Shown here: positions 39,210 to 47,590 of the stretch, piece after piece
Position numbering within the stretch: the first letter of the stretch is position 1
How the letters are laid out: each line of letters starts with the position of its first letter
From: Acidobacteriota bacterium
GTDB taxonomy: Bacteria; Acidobacteriota; Vicinamibacteria; Vicinamibacterales; 2-12-FULL-66-21
NCBI GenBank assembly: GCA_031393955.1
Contig: JANMWI010000082.1
Coordinates: 26,064-90,063 of the forward strand
Length of the DNA stretch: 64,000 nucleotides
Reading direction: 5' to 3'
The notes under the pieces: generated by a model
Told to the model about the DNA's origin: nothing
Seen by the model: only the letters and a program-made list of their open reading frames with translations
The model's database searches: none
Translations under genes and position numbers: made by a program

Positions 39210-40442
39210 ATGCGAGCTCCCGGGAAGGTCGCCCTCCACTGCGGTGTCCTCCTGGCTGTGCTGTCGTCGCCGCCCGACGGCGCCGGCGCCGCTGCCGTGG
39301 GCCCCTCCGTTCGGCTCCGTTCCATCGGGGGCGATCGCGCCTCCGGCGTCGCGCGGCTCGTCGTCGTCGAGGCCGGGTCGCTCGTGCATACGGCGCTGAT
39401 GCTGCCGGACGACGGGAAGGGCGGGATTGACGGCGCCGGCGACGCCGCGGCGCAGGGAGCGCGCGTGCTCGGCAATATCGACCGCGCTCTGGATGCGGCG
39501 CGGACGTCGCTGGATCAGCTGGTGCGGCTGCACGTCTATGTGGCGGACGCGTCCGTCACGCCTCGCATCGAGCGGCTGCTGGCGGAGCGATTCGGCGGCC
39601 GCGACGTCAGGCCGGCGGTGACGTTCGTCGAGTCCGCCATGGTCCGGGACGGCGTGCTGGTCGCGATGGACGCCGTGGCGGCAACCGCCTGGACGCCGGC
39701 GCCGGGCACGTCGACGCGCATCGTGGTCGACACACTCCCGCGGCGCACCGCGACCGCGTCCCATGCGGCGATCCAGCCGGCCGGTCCGTTCGTGATCGTC
39801 TCGGGCCGGGCCGCGCCGGGCGCCTTCGACACCGCCATCCGCGAGACGCTGGCGCAGCTGCGCGCCGACCTCGAACGGGTCGGTCTGACTTTCGATCAGG
39901 TTGTCCAGGTCAAGAGCTTCCTTGGCGACATGACCCAGGCGCGGCGCCTCGAGGAGCTGGTGGCCGCGGGGTTTGCTGGCGCCAGCGCGCCGCCGCAGGT
40001 CATCACCGGGGGACGGCTGGAGGCGCCGGCGGAGATTGAGCTGGTCGCCACGGCGCCGCGGCGGCGAGACACGCCGGCGGATGGCGTCGAGCACCTCGAG
40101 CCGACGCTGGGCCGGTACAGCAAGGTCGCGCGGGCGAACACCGGGCAGCCGGTGTTCATCTCCGGCCTCTACGGCGCGTCAGCCAATCCCGCCGCGCAGG
40201 TCGACGAGATGTTTGCCGAGCTCGGGCGGACGCTGGCGGCAGCGGGCAGCGACATCCGTCATCTGGTGAAGGCGACTTATTACGTCGCCGACACAGCCGC
40301 CGACCAGCGCATCAACGAGATCCGGCCGCTGATCTACGATGCCGCGCATCCGCCGGCGGCGTCGAAGCTGGTGGTCCCCGGGACGGGACGCGCCGGCAAG
40401 GGAAGCACGTTCGACATGATTGCCGTGACGACAGCGCGATGA
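39210..40442 (+). CDS. secreted protein with three tandem RidA/YjgF-like domains
   Basis: This is the 3' part of ORF 38271..40442, starting at ATG 39210 with a hydrophobic N-terminus (MRAPGKVALHCGVLLAVLSS). Three successive ~120-aa units each read like a RidA domain: ...AQGARVLGNIDRALDAARTSLDQLVRLHVYV...; ...IRETLAQLRADLERVGLTFDQVVQVKSFL...; ...VDEMFAELGRTLAAAGSDIRHLVKATYYV.... Confidence 0.7.
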   Translation: MRAPGKVALHCGVLLAVLSSPPDGAGAAAVGPSVRLRSIGGDRASGVARLVVVEAGSLVHTALMLPDDGKGGIDGAGDAAAQGARVLGNIDRALDAARTSLDQLVRLHVYVADASVTPRIERLLAERFGGRDVRPAVTFVESAMVRDGVLVAMDAVAATAWTPAPGTSTRIVVDTLPRRTATASHAAIQPAGPFVIVSGRAAPGAFDTAIRETLAQLRADLERVGLTFDQVVQVKSFLGDMTQARRLEELVAAGFAGASAPPQVITGGRLEAPAEIELVATAPRRRDTPADGVEHLEPTLGRYSKVARANTGQPVFISGLYGASANPAAQVDEMFAELGRTLAAAGSDIRHLVKATYYVADTAADQRINEIRPLIYDAAHPPAASKLVVPGTGRAGKGSTFDMIAVTTAR

Positions 40443-40478
40443 CGCGGCGTCTGCCGCCCGTCGGAAAGGGCTGATGCG

Positions 40479-41084
40479 ATGGGGAAGGGACGCCTCGAGG
40501 CGTTCAGCGACGGCGTCTTCGCGATCATCATCACGATCATGGTGCTGGAGCTTCGCGTTCCGCACGAAGGAGCGGATGCCTCGAGCGCCGGCGCGCTGAT
40601 GCCGCTCATCCCGGTCTTCGGCAGCTACATCCTGAGCTTCGTCTTCATCGCCATCTACTGGAACAATCATCACCACATGCTGCACGCTACCCATCGCGTC
40701 AGCGGCGTGGTCCTCTGGGCGAACGTCCATTTGCTGTTCTGGCTGTCACTCGTCCCGTTCGTCACTGCCTGGATGGGGGAGAACCATTTCGCCGCCGTGC
40801 CGGTGGCGGCCTACGGCGTGGTGCTGCTGCTCTGCGGCGTCGCGTTCGCGATCCTGGCGCGGCTGCTGGTGCGGGTCCACGGGCCGGAGTCCGCCCTGGC
40901 CCAGGCCATCAACCAGGACCTGAAGGGGCGGCTCTCGGTCCTGCTCTACGCGGTGGCGGTGCCGCTCGCGTTCGTCGAGCGGCGGCTCTCCCTTGCCGTC
41001 TACATCATCGTCGCCGCGATGTGGCTGATTCCGGATCGGCGCATCGAGCGGACGGTGACGGTGGAATCGGCCGGCCGGCCCTGA
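40479..41084 (+). CDS. TMEM175 family potassium channel (DUF1211)
   Basis: ORF 40479..41084. The signature is RLEAFSDGVFAIIITIMVLEL near the N-terminus. It has six TM-like segments. Confidence 0.85.
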   Translation: MGKGRLEAFSDGVFAIIITIMVLELRVPHEGADASSAGALMPLIPVFGSYILSFVFIAIYWNNHHHMLHATHRVSGVVLWANVHLLFWLSLVPFVTAWMGENHFAAVPVAAYGVVLLLCGVAFAILARLLVRVHGPESALAQAINQDLKGRLSVLLYAVAVPLAFVERRLSLAVYIIVAAMWLIPDRRIERTVTVESAGRP

Positions 41085-41125
41085 CGTCGACGATGGCCGT
41101 CGCGGGAGTAGGCCACGCCGATCGA

Positions 41126-41190
41126 GGGGGATTTAGCGTTTTGCCCAAGCGGATCAACAACTTACGCTAAAGATTGTGTCCCCCTTTTGG
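41126..41190. repeat. AT-rich structured intergenic module, copy A (partner at 49514-49583, opposite orientation)
   Basis: The sequence is gggggatttagcgttttgcccaagcggatcaacaacttacgctaaagattgtgtcccccttttgg. GGGGG (41126-30) can pair with CCCCC (41180-84), and TTTAGCGT (41132-39) with ACGCTAAA (41164-71). The core TCAACAACTTA..CTAAAG...GTGTCCCC.TTT recurs as its reverse complement at 49517-49550. Confidence 0.5.
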
Positions 41191-41203
41191 GGAGAGGGTG
41201 GGT

Positions 41204-41620
41204 ATGAAAGCAGGGCGGTGGGCGCTTGCCGCGATCTTTCTGACCGGCGGGGTGATGCACCTCGTCAAGCCGGCCATCTACCGCCCGGTGATGCCGGGCT
41301 GGCTGCCGGCGCACGACGCGCTGATCGTGGTCAGCGGCATCGCCGAGATCGCCGGCGGCGCCGGACTGCTGGCGCGGCGGACACGCCGCGCCGCGGGCGC
41401 CGGGCTGATCCTGCTGCTCGTCGCGGTCTTTCCGGCAAACGTCGAAATGCTGCGCGCGTATCGGGGACAGTCGTCCGCGTGGGCGACGCTTCTGTGGCTG
41501 CGTCTGCCGCTGCAGGGGGTCCTCATCTGGTGGACCTGGCGAGTGTCGTGGCGGAACACGCGGCTGCCCGGGGGTCGGCCGGGCGGCCACGAAACGATCG
41601 AAGAACGGAGAGCGTCATGA
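41204..41620 (+). CDS. DoxX-like family membrane protein
   Basis: ORF 41174..41620, with ATG 41204 preferred (GGAGAGGG SD). It has four TM-like segments, with GGVMHLVKP and VAVFPANVEM. Confidence 0.65.
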   Translation: MKAGRWALAAIFLTGGVMHLVKPAIYRPVMPGWLPAHDALIVVSGIAEIAGGAGLLARRTRRAAGAGLILLLVAVFPANVEMLRAYRGQSSAWATLLWLRLPLQGVLIWWTWRVSWRNTRLPGGRPGGHETIEERRAS

Positions 41621-42264
41621 AGTTGGCGATTATCGGCGCGGGAATGATTGGCGCCACGGCGGCGCGGCTCTTCGCGCAGGCCGATCACGAGGTCGTGGTC
41701 AGCAACTCGCGCGGACCGGCGTCGCTCGCGACGCTGGTCGCCGGACTCGGTCCGCGCGCGAAGGCGATGCACGTCGCAGACGCGGCACGGTGGGGCGAAG
41801 TGGTGATGCTGGCGGTGCCGTGGCGGACGCTGGCGGCGCTGCCGCCGCCCGACACGGTGGCGGGGAAGATCGTCATCGACGCCATGAACCCGTACGCCGC
41901 CGACGGTGCGATTGTCGACCTTGGCTCCTCTTCTTCCTCGGAAGAGACACGGGCGCAGCTGCCTGGGGCGCGGCTGGTCAAAGCCTTTAACACCATCTGG
42001 TTCAAGCACCTCGCGTCACTGGCGCGGCCCGATCTGCCGGCCGAGGAACGTCACGCGATCTTCGTCGCCGGCGACGACGAGGCGGCAAAGCGGGTGGTGA
42101 TGAACCTCATCGACGACATCGGTTTCGGCGCGGTCGACAGCGGATCGCTCGCCGCCGGGGGGCGCCGCCAGCAGCCCGGCACGGCGCTCTACAACCAGAT
42201 CATGACCGTCCGCGCGGCGCGCGCGGCGGTCGCGGATCCGGGCCGACCGGCGCCGCCGCGCTGA
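41617..42264 (+). CDS. NAD(P)-binding oxidoreductase, NADPH-dependent F420 reductase-like
   Basis: This is the 3' part of ORF 41176..42264. ATG 41617 overlaps the DoxX stop (ATGA). The Rossmann motif is MKLAIIGAGMIGATAARLFAQADHEVVVSNSRG, with VVMLAVPW and KAFNT. Confidence 0.7.
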   Translation: MKLAIIGAGMIGATAARLFAQADHEVVVSNSRGPASLATLVAGLGPRAKAMHVADAARWGEVVMLAVPWRTLAALPPPDTVAGKIVIDAMNPYAADGAIVDLGSSSSSEETRAQLPGARLVKAFNTIWFKHLASLARPDLPAEERHAIFVAGDDEAAKRVVMNLIDDIGFGAVDSGSLAAGGRRQQPGTALYNQIMTVRAARAAVADPGRPAPPR

Positions 42265-43342
42265 CCCGCGAGCCGGTCTTGATCCCGACCGCCGCCCAGG
42301 CGTCGGCGATCGCCGCCGGCTCGGTCGCGGCGGACCCGTAGAGCCGTGCCGCCACCGCGACGGTCAGATTGGCGAAGCGCCTGAAGCCGGTGTTCTCCCG
42401 CAGCGCCGGGTCGCGCAGCGTCTCGTACCAGATCCGGCCGGCCTTCTCCCACGCGAAGCCGCCGATCCCGATCGCCGCCAGGCAGAACGCCTTGTTGGGG
42501 ATCCCCGAGTTGATGTGGACGGCGCCATTGTCGAAGTAGGAGGAGCTGTAGCGGTCCATGTGATCGGGCTGCGGGTCCTTGCCGAGGACGGGATCGTCGT
42601 AGGCCGTCCCCGGCGCCTTCATCGACCGCAGTGCGTGACCGTTGACTGCGTTCGTGAACAGCCCGGCGCCGATCAGCCAGTCCGCGTGATCAGCGCTCTG
42701 CTGCAAGGTGTACTGCTTGATCAGCGACCCGAAGACATCGGAAATCGACTCGTTCAACGCGCCCGGCTGAAACATGTAGACCAGCCGCGCCTCGTCCTGG
42801 GTGACGCCGTGGGTGAGCTCGTGGCCGATGACGTCGAGTGCGACCGTGAAGCGGTTGAAGAGCTCGCCGTCGCCGTCGCCGAACACCATCTGCTGGCCGT
42901 TCCAGAACGCGTTGTTGTAGTCGCGGCTGTAATGCACGGTCGCGTCGAGCGGCATGCCCTCGTCGTCGATCGACTGCCGTCCGAAGATCTCCGAATAGAA
43001 ATCCCACGTCGCGCCCAGACCGTCGAAGGCTTCGGCAACGGCAGGGCCGTCGCTCACCACCGGCGGCCGCGCCTCGGACGCCACCATCGAGCCGGGCAGC
43101 TGCTGGCCGTGGTGCGCGCTGTAGATGGTCCGATCGCGCCCTGGCCGCGTGACGACGCGGCCGGCCGGAGGCCCTCCGGCTGGCGCCGGCGATGTGGCGC
43201 GGAGCGCCCGGAAGGTCATGTCGAGCGCCAGCGTGGCGGTGGCGGCGGCACGCTGCGGGGCGGTGCCGCGTTCGGCAATTGCCCGGAGAATGTGCGGCGG
43301 CATGATGCCGGGATGCGATCGAAACCGTCCGTCGGTGCGCAT
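42200..43342 (-). CDS. M4 family metallopeptidase, protealysin-like (PLP)
   Basis: ORF 42200..43342. It has no signal peptide. The propeptide carries the PPL-type motif GIMPPHILRAIAERG. The zinc site is VIGHELTHGV plus GALNESISDVFG, and the C-terminal domain has GAVHINSGIPNKAF. Confidence 0.85.
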   Translation of the reverse strand: MRTDGRFRSHPGIMPPHILRAIAERGTAPQRAAATATLALDMTFRALRATSPAPAGGPPAGRVVTRPGRDRTIYSAHHGQQLPGSMVASEARPPVVSDGPAVAEAFDGLGATWDFYSEIFGRQSIDDEGMPLDATVHYSRDYNNAFWNGQQMVFGDGDGELFNRFTVALDVIGHELTHGVTQDEARLVYMFQPGALNESISDVFGSLIKQYTLQQSADHADWLIGAGLFTNAVNGHALRSMKAPGTAYDDPVLGKDPQPDHMDRYSSSYFDNGAVHINSGIPNKAFCLAAIGIGGFAWEKAGRIWYETLRDPALRENTGFRRFANLTVAVAARLYGSAATEPAAIADAWAAVGIKTGSRVSAAAPVGPDPRPPRAPRGRS

Positions 43343-43364
43343 GTCCTGCCTCCTTGATCCGGCG

Positions 43365-44801
43365 TCACCTGAAATTGAAGCTGAGCCCGACCATCGTCCC
43401 CCGCGCCATCGTCGTTACGAACGGACGGGCGGCGTGCAGCGGCGCCCGGCCGATACTTTCCCCCGGTGCGGGTGTCCGTGTGGCGATCGTCAGGAGGCCG
43501 ACGTTGACCGCCAGGCCGCGGACGACGAGCAGCGACAGCCCGGCGGCGATGCCGGGCTCCGGCGCGACCACCGCGCCGACGAACCAGCGCAGCCGCTCAC
43601 TCCATGCCGGCGACGGGCGCGCCGCGTCGTAGCTCCGGAACGCGCCGTTGACGAGGACGAGCGAGGCCCGCCGGACCGGCGGCTCGGCGACGATCGTACC
43701 GCGGTCCAGCGACGCGCGCGGAGAGGTGGCGTGCGCCGGCGCGACATAGCCGGTCGCGACGCCAAGACTGAATCGTTCCCGCGGTGCGTTGCGGAGGCGC
43801 ATGACGGCGGCCACCGGCTCCGGCTCGAGATCGAGCGTCAGCGCGCGGAATGCGGCGTCGACGCGCCGCAGCGCCTGCAGGTTCCGGGTCGTCTCGGACG
43901 GTGTCGCGGTGCGGCAGGCCGCCTCCTGGCGCTGATACTGATCGGCGAACGGCGTGCTGGCGGCGTCGGCGCAGCTGCCCGGGCCCGCCGCACAGGCCGC
44001 GGCGAGTTCCTCCAGCGCGGCGGCGAGGCCGTTCGCGAGATCGACAGCGCACGGGCTGTGGGCCGCGTCCGCGAAGACCATCCGCCGCCTGATCGCATCG
44101 ACCCGGCGCGCGATCTCGGCGCGCGACAGCGCGACCCTGGCCTGCAGCTCGATCTGGACCGACGCCCGTCGGAAGGGCAGCTCGACCCGTGCGATTGACA
44201 GCCAGGCGGGCGGCTGAGCGGCGTCGGCCGGGCGCAGTGCGGCGGCCTGACCGGGCGCGACGGCGCCGAGGAGGGGAGCCGCGATCGCGGCCGCAAACAC
44301 CGGCAGATGCGCCTCAATCGGACCGGCTTCCCGCGCCGAGATATAGACGCCCTGCAGACGATCGCGCGCAGACGCCGACAGGAAGACCTGGAACAGCCGC
44401 GCCGGCCCGCGCGGGCCGATGCCCCCGAGCGTCCGCTCATAGAGTCCCGCTCCGGCATGGACGATCGCGACCGCGAGCCCGCGGTCGCCGGACGGGCCAG
44501 CGGCGGGCCAGACAATCGCGACGTAGTCCGATCGAAGATCGACGGACGCCAGCGCTGCCGGCGAAGACGGCTCGACCGCACCCTGCCGGCACTGCCGCAT
44601 CGTCCTGACGACGTCGGCGGCGGCGGTCGCGAATCTCCCGGCATCGGCCGCCTCGAAGGCGGACGAGAGTGACGGGAGCAGCATCGCGTCCTGAACAGGA
44701 CACGCCGCCACCGGCGTGGCGACGACGGATGTCTGCGCCGCGCCGGCGGAGGCGCTCAGCAGCGCGGTCAGCAGCCACAGGATCGCGTGCGGTCGGCGCA
44801 T
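43365..44801 (-). CDS. secreted Ala-rich hypothetical protein with beta-strand-rich C-terminus
   Basis: ORF 43365..45062, with the start moved to ATG 44801 (GGAGGG SD; signal peptide MRRPHAILWLLTALLSASAGAAQ). It ends ...GTMVGLSFNFR. I recognised no family. Confidence 0.5.
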   Translation of the reverse strand: MRRPHAILWLLTALLSASAGAAQTSVVATPVAACPVQDAMLLPSLSSAFEAADAGRFATAAADVVRTMRQCRQGAVEPSSPAALASVDLRSDYVAIVWPAAGPSGDRGLAVAIVHAGAGLYERTLGGIGPRGPARLFQVFLSASARDRLQGVYISAREAGPIEAHLPVFAAAIAAPLLGAVAPGQAAALRPADAAQPPAWLSIARVELPFRRASVQIELQARVALSRAEIARRVDAIRRRMVFADAAHSPCAVDLANGLAAALEELAAACAAGPGSCADAASTPFADQYQRQEAACRTATPSETTRNLQALRRVDAAFRALTLDLEPEPVAAVMRLRNAPRERFSLGVATGYVAPAHATSPRASLDRGTIVAEPPVRRASLVLVNGAFRSYDAARPSPAWSERLRWFVGAVVAPEPGIAAGLSLLVVRGLAVNVGLLTIATRTPAPGESIGRAPLHAARPFVTTMARGTMVGLSFNFR

Positions 44802-44960
44802 AAGCCCTCCGGCCTCGATAAGCAGGACGCCCTGCCGGTTGCGGGCCCGCTCAGGACCGGGGCAGGGGATGGGAGGGTTTTTGCAAGACCTGAGCCGACG
44901 ATGCGTGAGCCGGAAATGGACGTTCGACGCTGCGGGAGGTCGCCAGCGCCTGAGCCGGCC

Positions 44961-44982
44961 GCCGGCCAACCGGTTAGCCGGC
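44961..44982. promoter_or_regulatory. imperfect 22-bp palindrome in a divergent promoter region (candidate operator)
   Basis: GCCGGCCAACCGGTTAGCCGGC has 20 of 22 positions self-complementary around the AACCGGTT core. It lies between divergent starts at 44801 (-) and 45069 (+). Confidence 0.3.
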
Positions 44983-45068
44983 CTGTCCGCCGGCTGTCCC
45001 TTCTCAGTCGCGAGCCGGTATGATGGTGTGAAAATTACGGCCCGGCTGTCCGGCCCGTTCACCGCCCC

Positions 45069-46067
45069 ATGCTCCCAGCGTCAGGTCCGTTCCGCATCGC
45101 TTTTCTCGGATGCGGCTTCATCACCCAGGTGCACAGCCGCCACCTCAAGGGCCTCAGGCCCGGCGTCACCTGCAGCTATGCCAGCCGGAGCGCCGGCAAG
45201 GCGGAGGCCTACTGCCGGCAGTTCGGCGGGGTCACGGCCTACGCTGACTACCAGCGCGCCATCGACGATCCGGCGATCGACGCGGTGGTCGTCGCGGTGC
45301 CGCCGCGCTTCCACCTCGAGCTGACCCTGCAGGCGCTGGCGGCCGGCAAGCACGTGCTGGTCGAGAAGCCGGCCTTTCCGTCGATGGCGGACTACCGCGA
45401 GGTCGTCGCGGCGCGCGACCGCGCCGGCCGGGTGGTGCTGGTCGGCGAGAACGACCACTACAAGCCGCTCGCCCGCCTGCTGCGCCGGCTCCTCGCCGAC
45501 GGCGTCATCGGCGAGATGGTGTTCGCGCACTTCGTCACGATCGCAAAGCGCCTCAAGCCGGCGGACGACTGGCGCAACGACGAGAGCCTGGCCGGGGGCG
45601 ACGCCTTCTTCGAGGAGGGCATTCACTGGCTGCACGTCGCCGGCAGTCTCGGGCCGCGGATCACGCGGATCGAGGGCTACCGGCCGGCGCCGTCGCGCGG
45701 CGGCCCGGACACGCGCGCCAAGAGCATGATGGTGTCGTTCCGCTACGACAACGACGCGGTCGGGTCGCTGTTCTACTCGCGCGAGATCCCGTCGCTGTTC
45801 CGCGGCCTCCGGCTCTCGAAGCTGTACGGCCGCGACGGCATCATCACGTTCGAGTCGAACGGGCTGTTCGTGATCGCGCGCGGCGCCGGGCTGCCGCGCG
45901 TGATGCTCCCCGGGTTCCGCGACGTCCGGGGCTACCAGGCGATGTACCGTGACTTCCTCACCGCCGCCCGCACCGGCGCGCTGCCGGAGATGAGCGTCGA
46001 GCGCGCGATTGACGACCAGCGGCTGATGGATCAGGTCTACGCGACGATCGGGAAGACCGGCTCGTGA
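45069..46067 (+). CDS. Gfo/Idh/MocA family oxidoreductase
   Basis: ORF 45069..46067. Motifs are FRIAFLGCGFITQVH and HVLVEKP. Confidence 0.85.
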   Translation: MLPASGPFRIAFLGCGFITQVHSRHLKGLRPGVTCSYASRSAGKAEAYCRQFGGVTAYADYQRAIDDPAIDAVVVAVPPRFHLELTLQALAAGKHVLVEKPAFPSMADYREVVAARDRAGRVVLVGENDHYKPLARLLRRLLADGVIGEMVFAHFVTIAKRLKPADDWRNDESLAGGDAFFEEGIHWLHVAGSLGPRITRIEGYRPAPSRGGPDTRAKSMMVSFRYDNDAVGSLFYSREIPSLFRGLRLSKLYGRDGIITFESNGLFVIARGAGLPRVMLPGFRDVRGYQAMYRDFLTAARTGALPEMSVERAIDDQRLMDQVYATIGKTGS

Positions 46068-47575
46068 GCCACCACTACGACGTCATCATCATCGGTAGCG
46101 GCGCCGGCGGCGGGACGATCGCGCATGCCCTGGCGGCAACCGACGCGCGCATCCTGATCGTCGAGCGCGGCGACTTCGTGCCGCAGGAGCCCGAGAACTG
46201 GGATCCCGACGCCGTCTGGCGGCAGCTGCGCTATCGCACGCGGGAACGCTGGCTCGACGAACGCGGCCGCGAGTGGACGCCGTACACGCACTACGGCGTC
46301 GGCGGCAACACCAAGTTCTGGGGCAGCGTCCTCTACCGCCTGCGCCGCGAGGACTTCGAGGCAGTCGAGCATGCCGACGGCCTCTCGCCGGCCTGGCCGA
46401 TCGGCTACGAGACGCTGGCGCCGTACTACGACCGGGCCGAGCAGCTTTATCAGGTCCGCGGCGAGCAGGGCTTCGACCCGACCGAGCCGCCGCGCAATCC
46501 CTATCCGTACGGGCCGGTGCCGCACTCGGAAGAGATGGCGGTGATCGTCGAGCAGCTGCGCGCCCAGGGGCTGCATCCGTCGCCGCTGCCGCTCGGGCTG
46601 CTGCGGCCCGGCGAAGCGGACGGCTGCATCCTCTGCAACACCTGCAATTCGTTCGTCTGCCGGCTGCATGCGAAGAGCGAGGCGGATGTCTGCTGCATCC
46701 GCCCGGCGCTGCGCCGCCCGAACGTGACGCTGTGGACCAACGCGCTGGCGCGGCGCCTGACGACAACCGCGTCAGGGGGGAGGATCGAGTCGGTCGAGAT
46801 CGAGCGCGGCGGCGAGCGGCTGACGGTGACCGCGCCGGTCGTGGTCGTCGCCTGCGGCGCGGTCAACTCGGCGGCGCTGCTGCTGCGATCCGCCAATGCC
46901 GCGCACCCGGCCGGACTGGCGAACTCGTCGGGCCTGGTCGGCAAGCGCTACATGGCCCACCTCGCGACCATGATGCAGGGGTTCCATCCGTTTCGCGTCA
47001 ACTCGACCGTGTTCCAGAAGACCGTGGCGATCAACGACTTCTACCGCCGCGGGCCGCGCACGCCGTATCCGCTCGGACAGATCCAGTCCCAGGGGCGGAC
47101 CCACGGCGTGATGGCGCAGACCGCCTATCCATGGATTCCGCTGTGGGCGTATGAACAGTGGGTGGCACGCGGCGTGGACTGGCTGGCGATGTCGGAGGAT
47201 CTGCCCCGCGACGACAACCAGGTCACGGTCGAGGCCGACGGACAGATCCGGCTGAGCTACCGCGCCAACAACATCGCGGCGCACCGGATGCTGGTACGCG
47301 AGACGCGGCGGATCCTCCGCCGGCTCGGCTTCTGGGTCGTCATGACGCACTCACACGGCCGGACCAACACCACCCATCAGTGCGGGACGCTGTGCTTCGG
47401 CACCGACCCGCGCCGTTCGGTGCTCGACCCCTACTGCCGCGCCCACGACATCGAGAACCTGTTCGTCGTCGATGCCTCGTTCTTCCCGTCGTCTGCCGCC
47501 GTCAACCCCGGGCTGACCATCGCCGCCCAGGCGCTGCGGACGGCGGACCACATCGTTGACACCGAGCTTTCCTGA
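46064..47575 (+). CDS. GMC family FAD-dependent oxidoreductase
   Basis: ORF 46064..47575. Its GTG overlaps the previous stop (GTGA). The FAD motif is YDVIIIGSGAGGGTIAHALA, and the C-terminal GMC motifs are HQCGTLCFG and NLFVVDASFFPSSAAVNPGLTIAAQALR. Confidence 0.85.
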   Translation: MSHHYDVIIIGSGAGGGTIAHALAATDARILIVERGDFVPQEPENWDPDAVWRQLRYRTRERWLDERGREWTPYTHYGVGGNTKFWGSVLYRLRREDFEAVEHADGLSPAWPIGYETLAPYYDRAEQLYQVRGEQGFDPTEPPRNPYPYGPVPHSEEMAVIVEQLRAQGLHPSPLPLGLLRPGEADGCILCNTCNSFVCRLHAKSEADVCCIRPALRRPNVTLWTNALARRLTTTASGGRIESVEIERGGERLTVTAPVVVVACGAVNSAALLLRSANAAHPAGLANSSGLVGKRYMAHLATMMQGFHPFRVNSTVFQKTVAINDFYRRGPRTPYPLGQIQSQGRTHGVMAQTAYPWIPLWAYEQWVARGVDWLAMSEDLPRDDNQVTVEADGQIRLSYRANNIAAHRMLVRETRRILRRLGFWVVMTHSHGRTNTTHQCGTLCFGTDPRRSVLDPYCRAHDIENLFVVDASFFPSSAAVNPGLTIAAQALRTADHIVDTELS

Positions 47576-47590
47576 GATGGGGTCCCCTCC

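Noticed and set aside
41085-41203. A possible 50-aa minus-strand ORF starting at TTG TTG within repeat copy A, mirroring the TTG TTG start of ORF 49544 in copy B.
   Set aside because: Its translation (MLIRLGKTLNPPRSAWPTPATAIVDV...) runs antisense into the TMEM175 gene tail. It has no protein-like features and no codon bias.
42200-42264. A 65-nt convergent overlap of the M4 protease and the NAD(P)-oxidoreductase 3' ends. A similar 75-nt overlap occurs at 37012-37086.
   Set aside because: In both cases the conserved domains end well before the overlap. The overlapping tails are low-complexity read-through to the first available stop codon, which is common in high-GC genomes. There is no evidence of functional antisense coupling.
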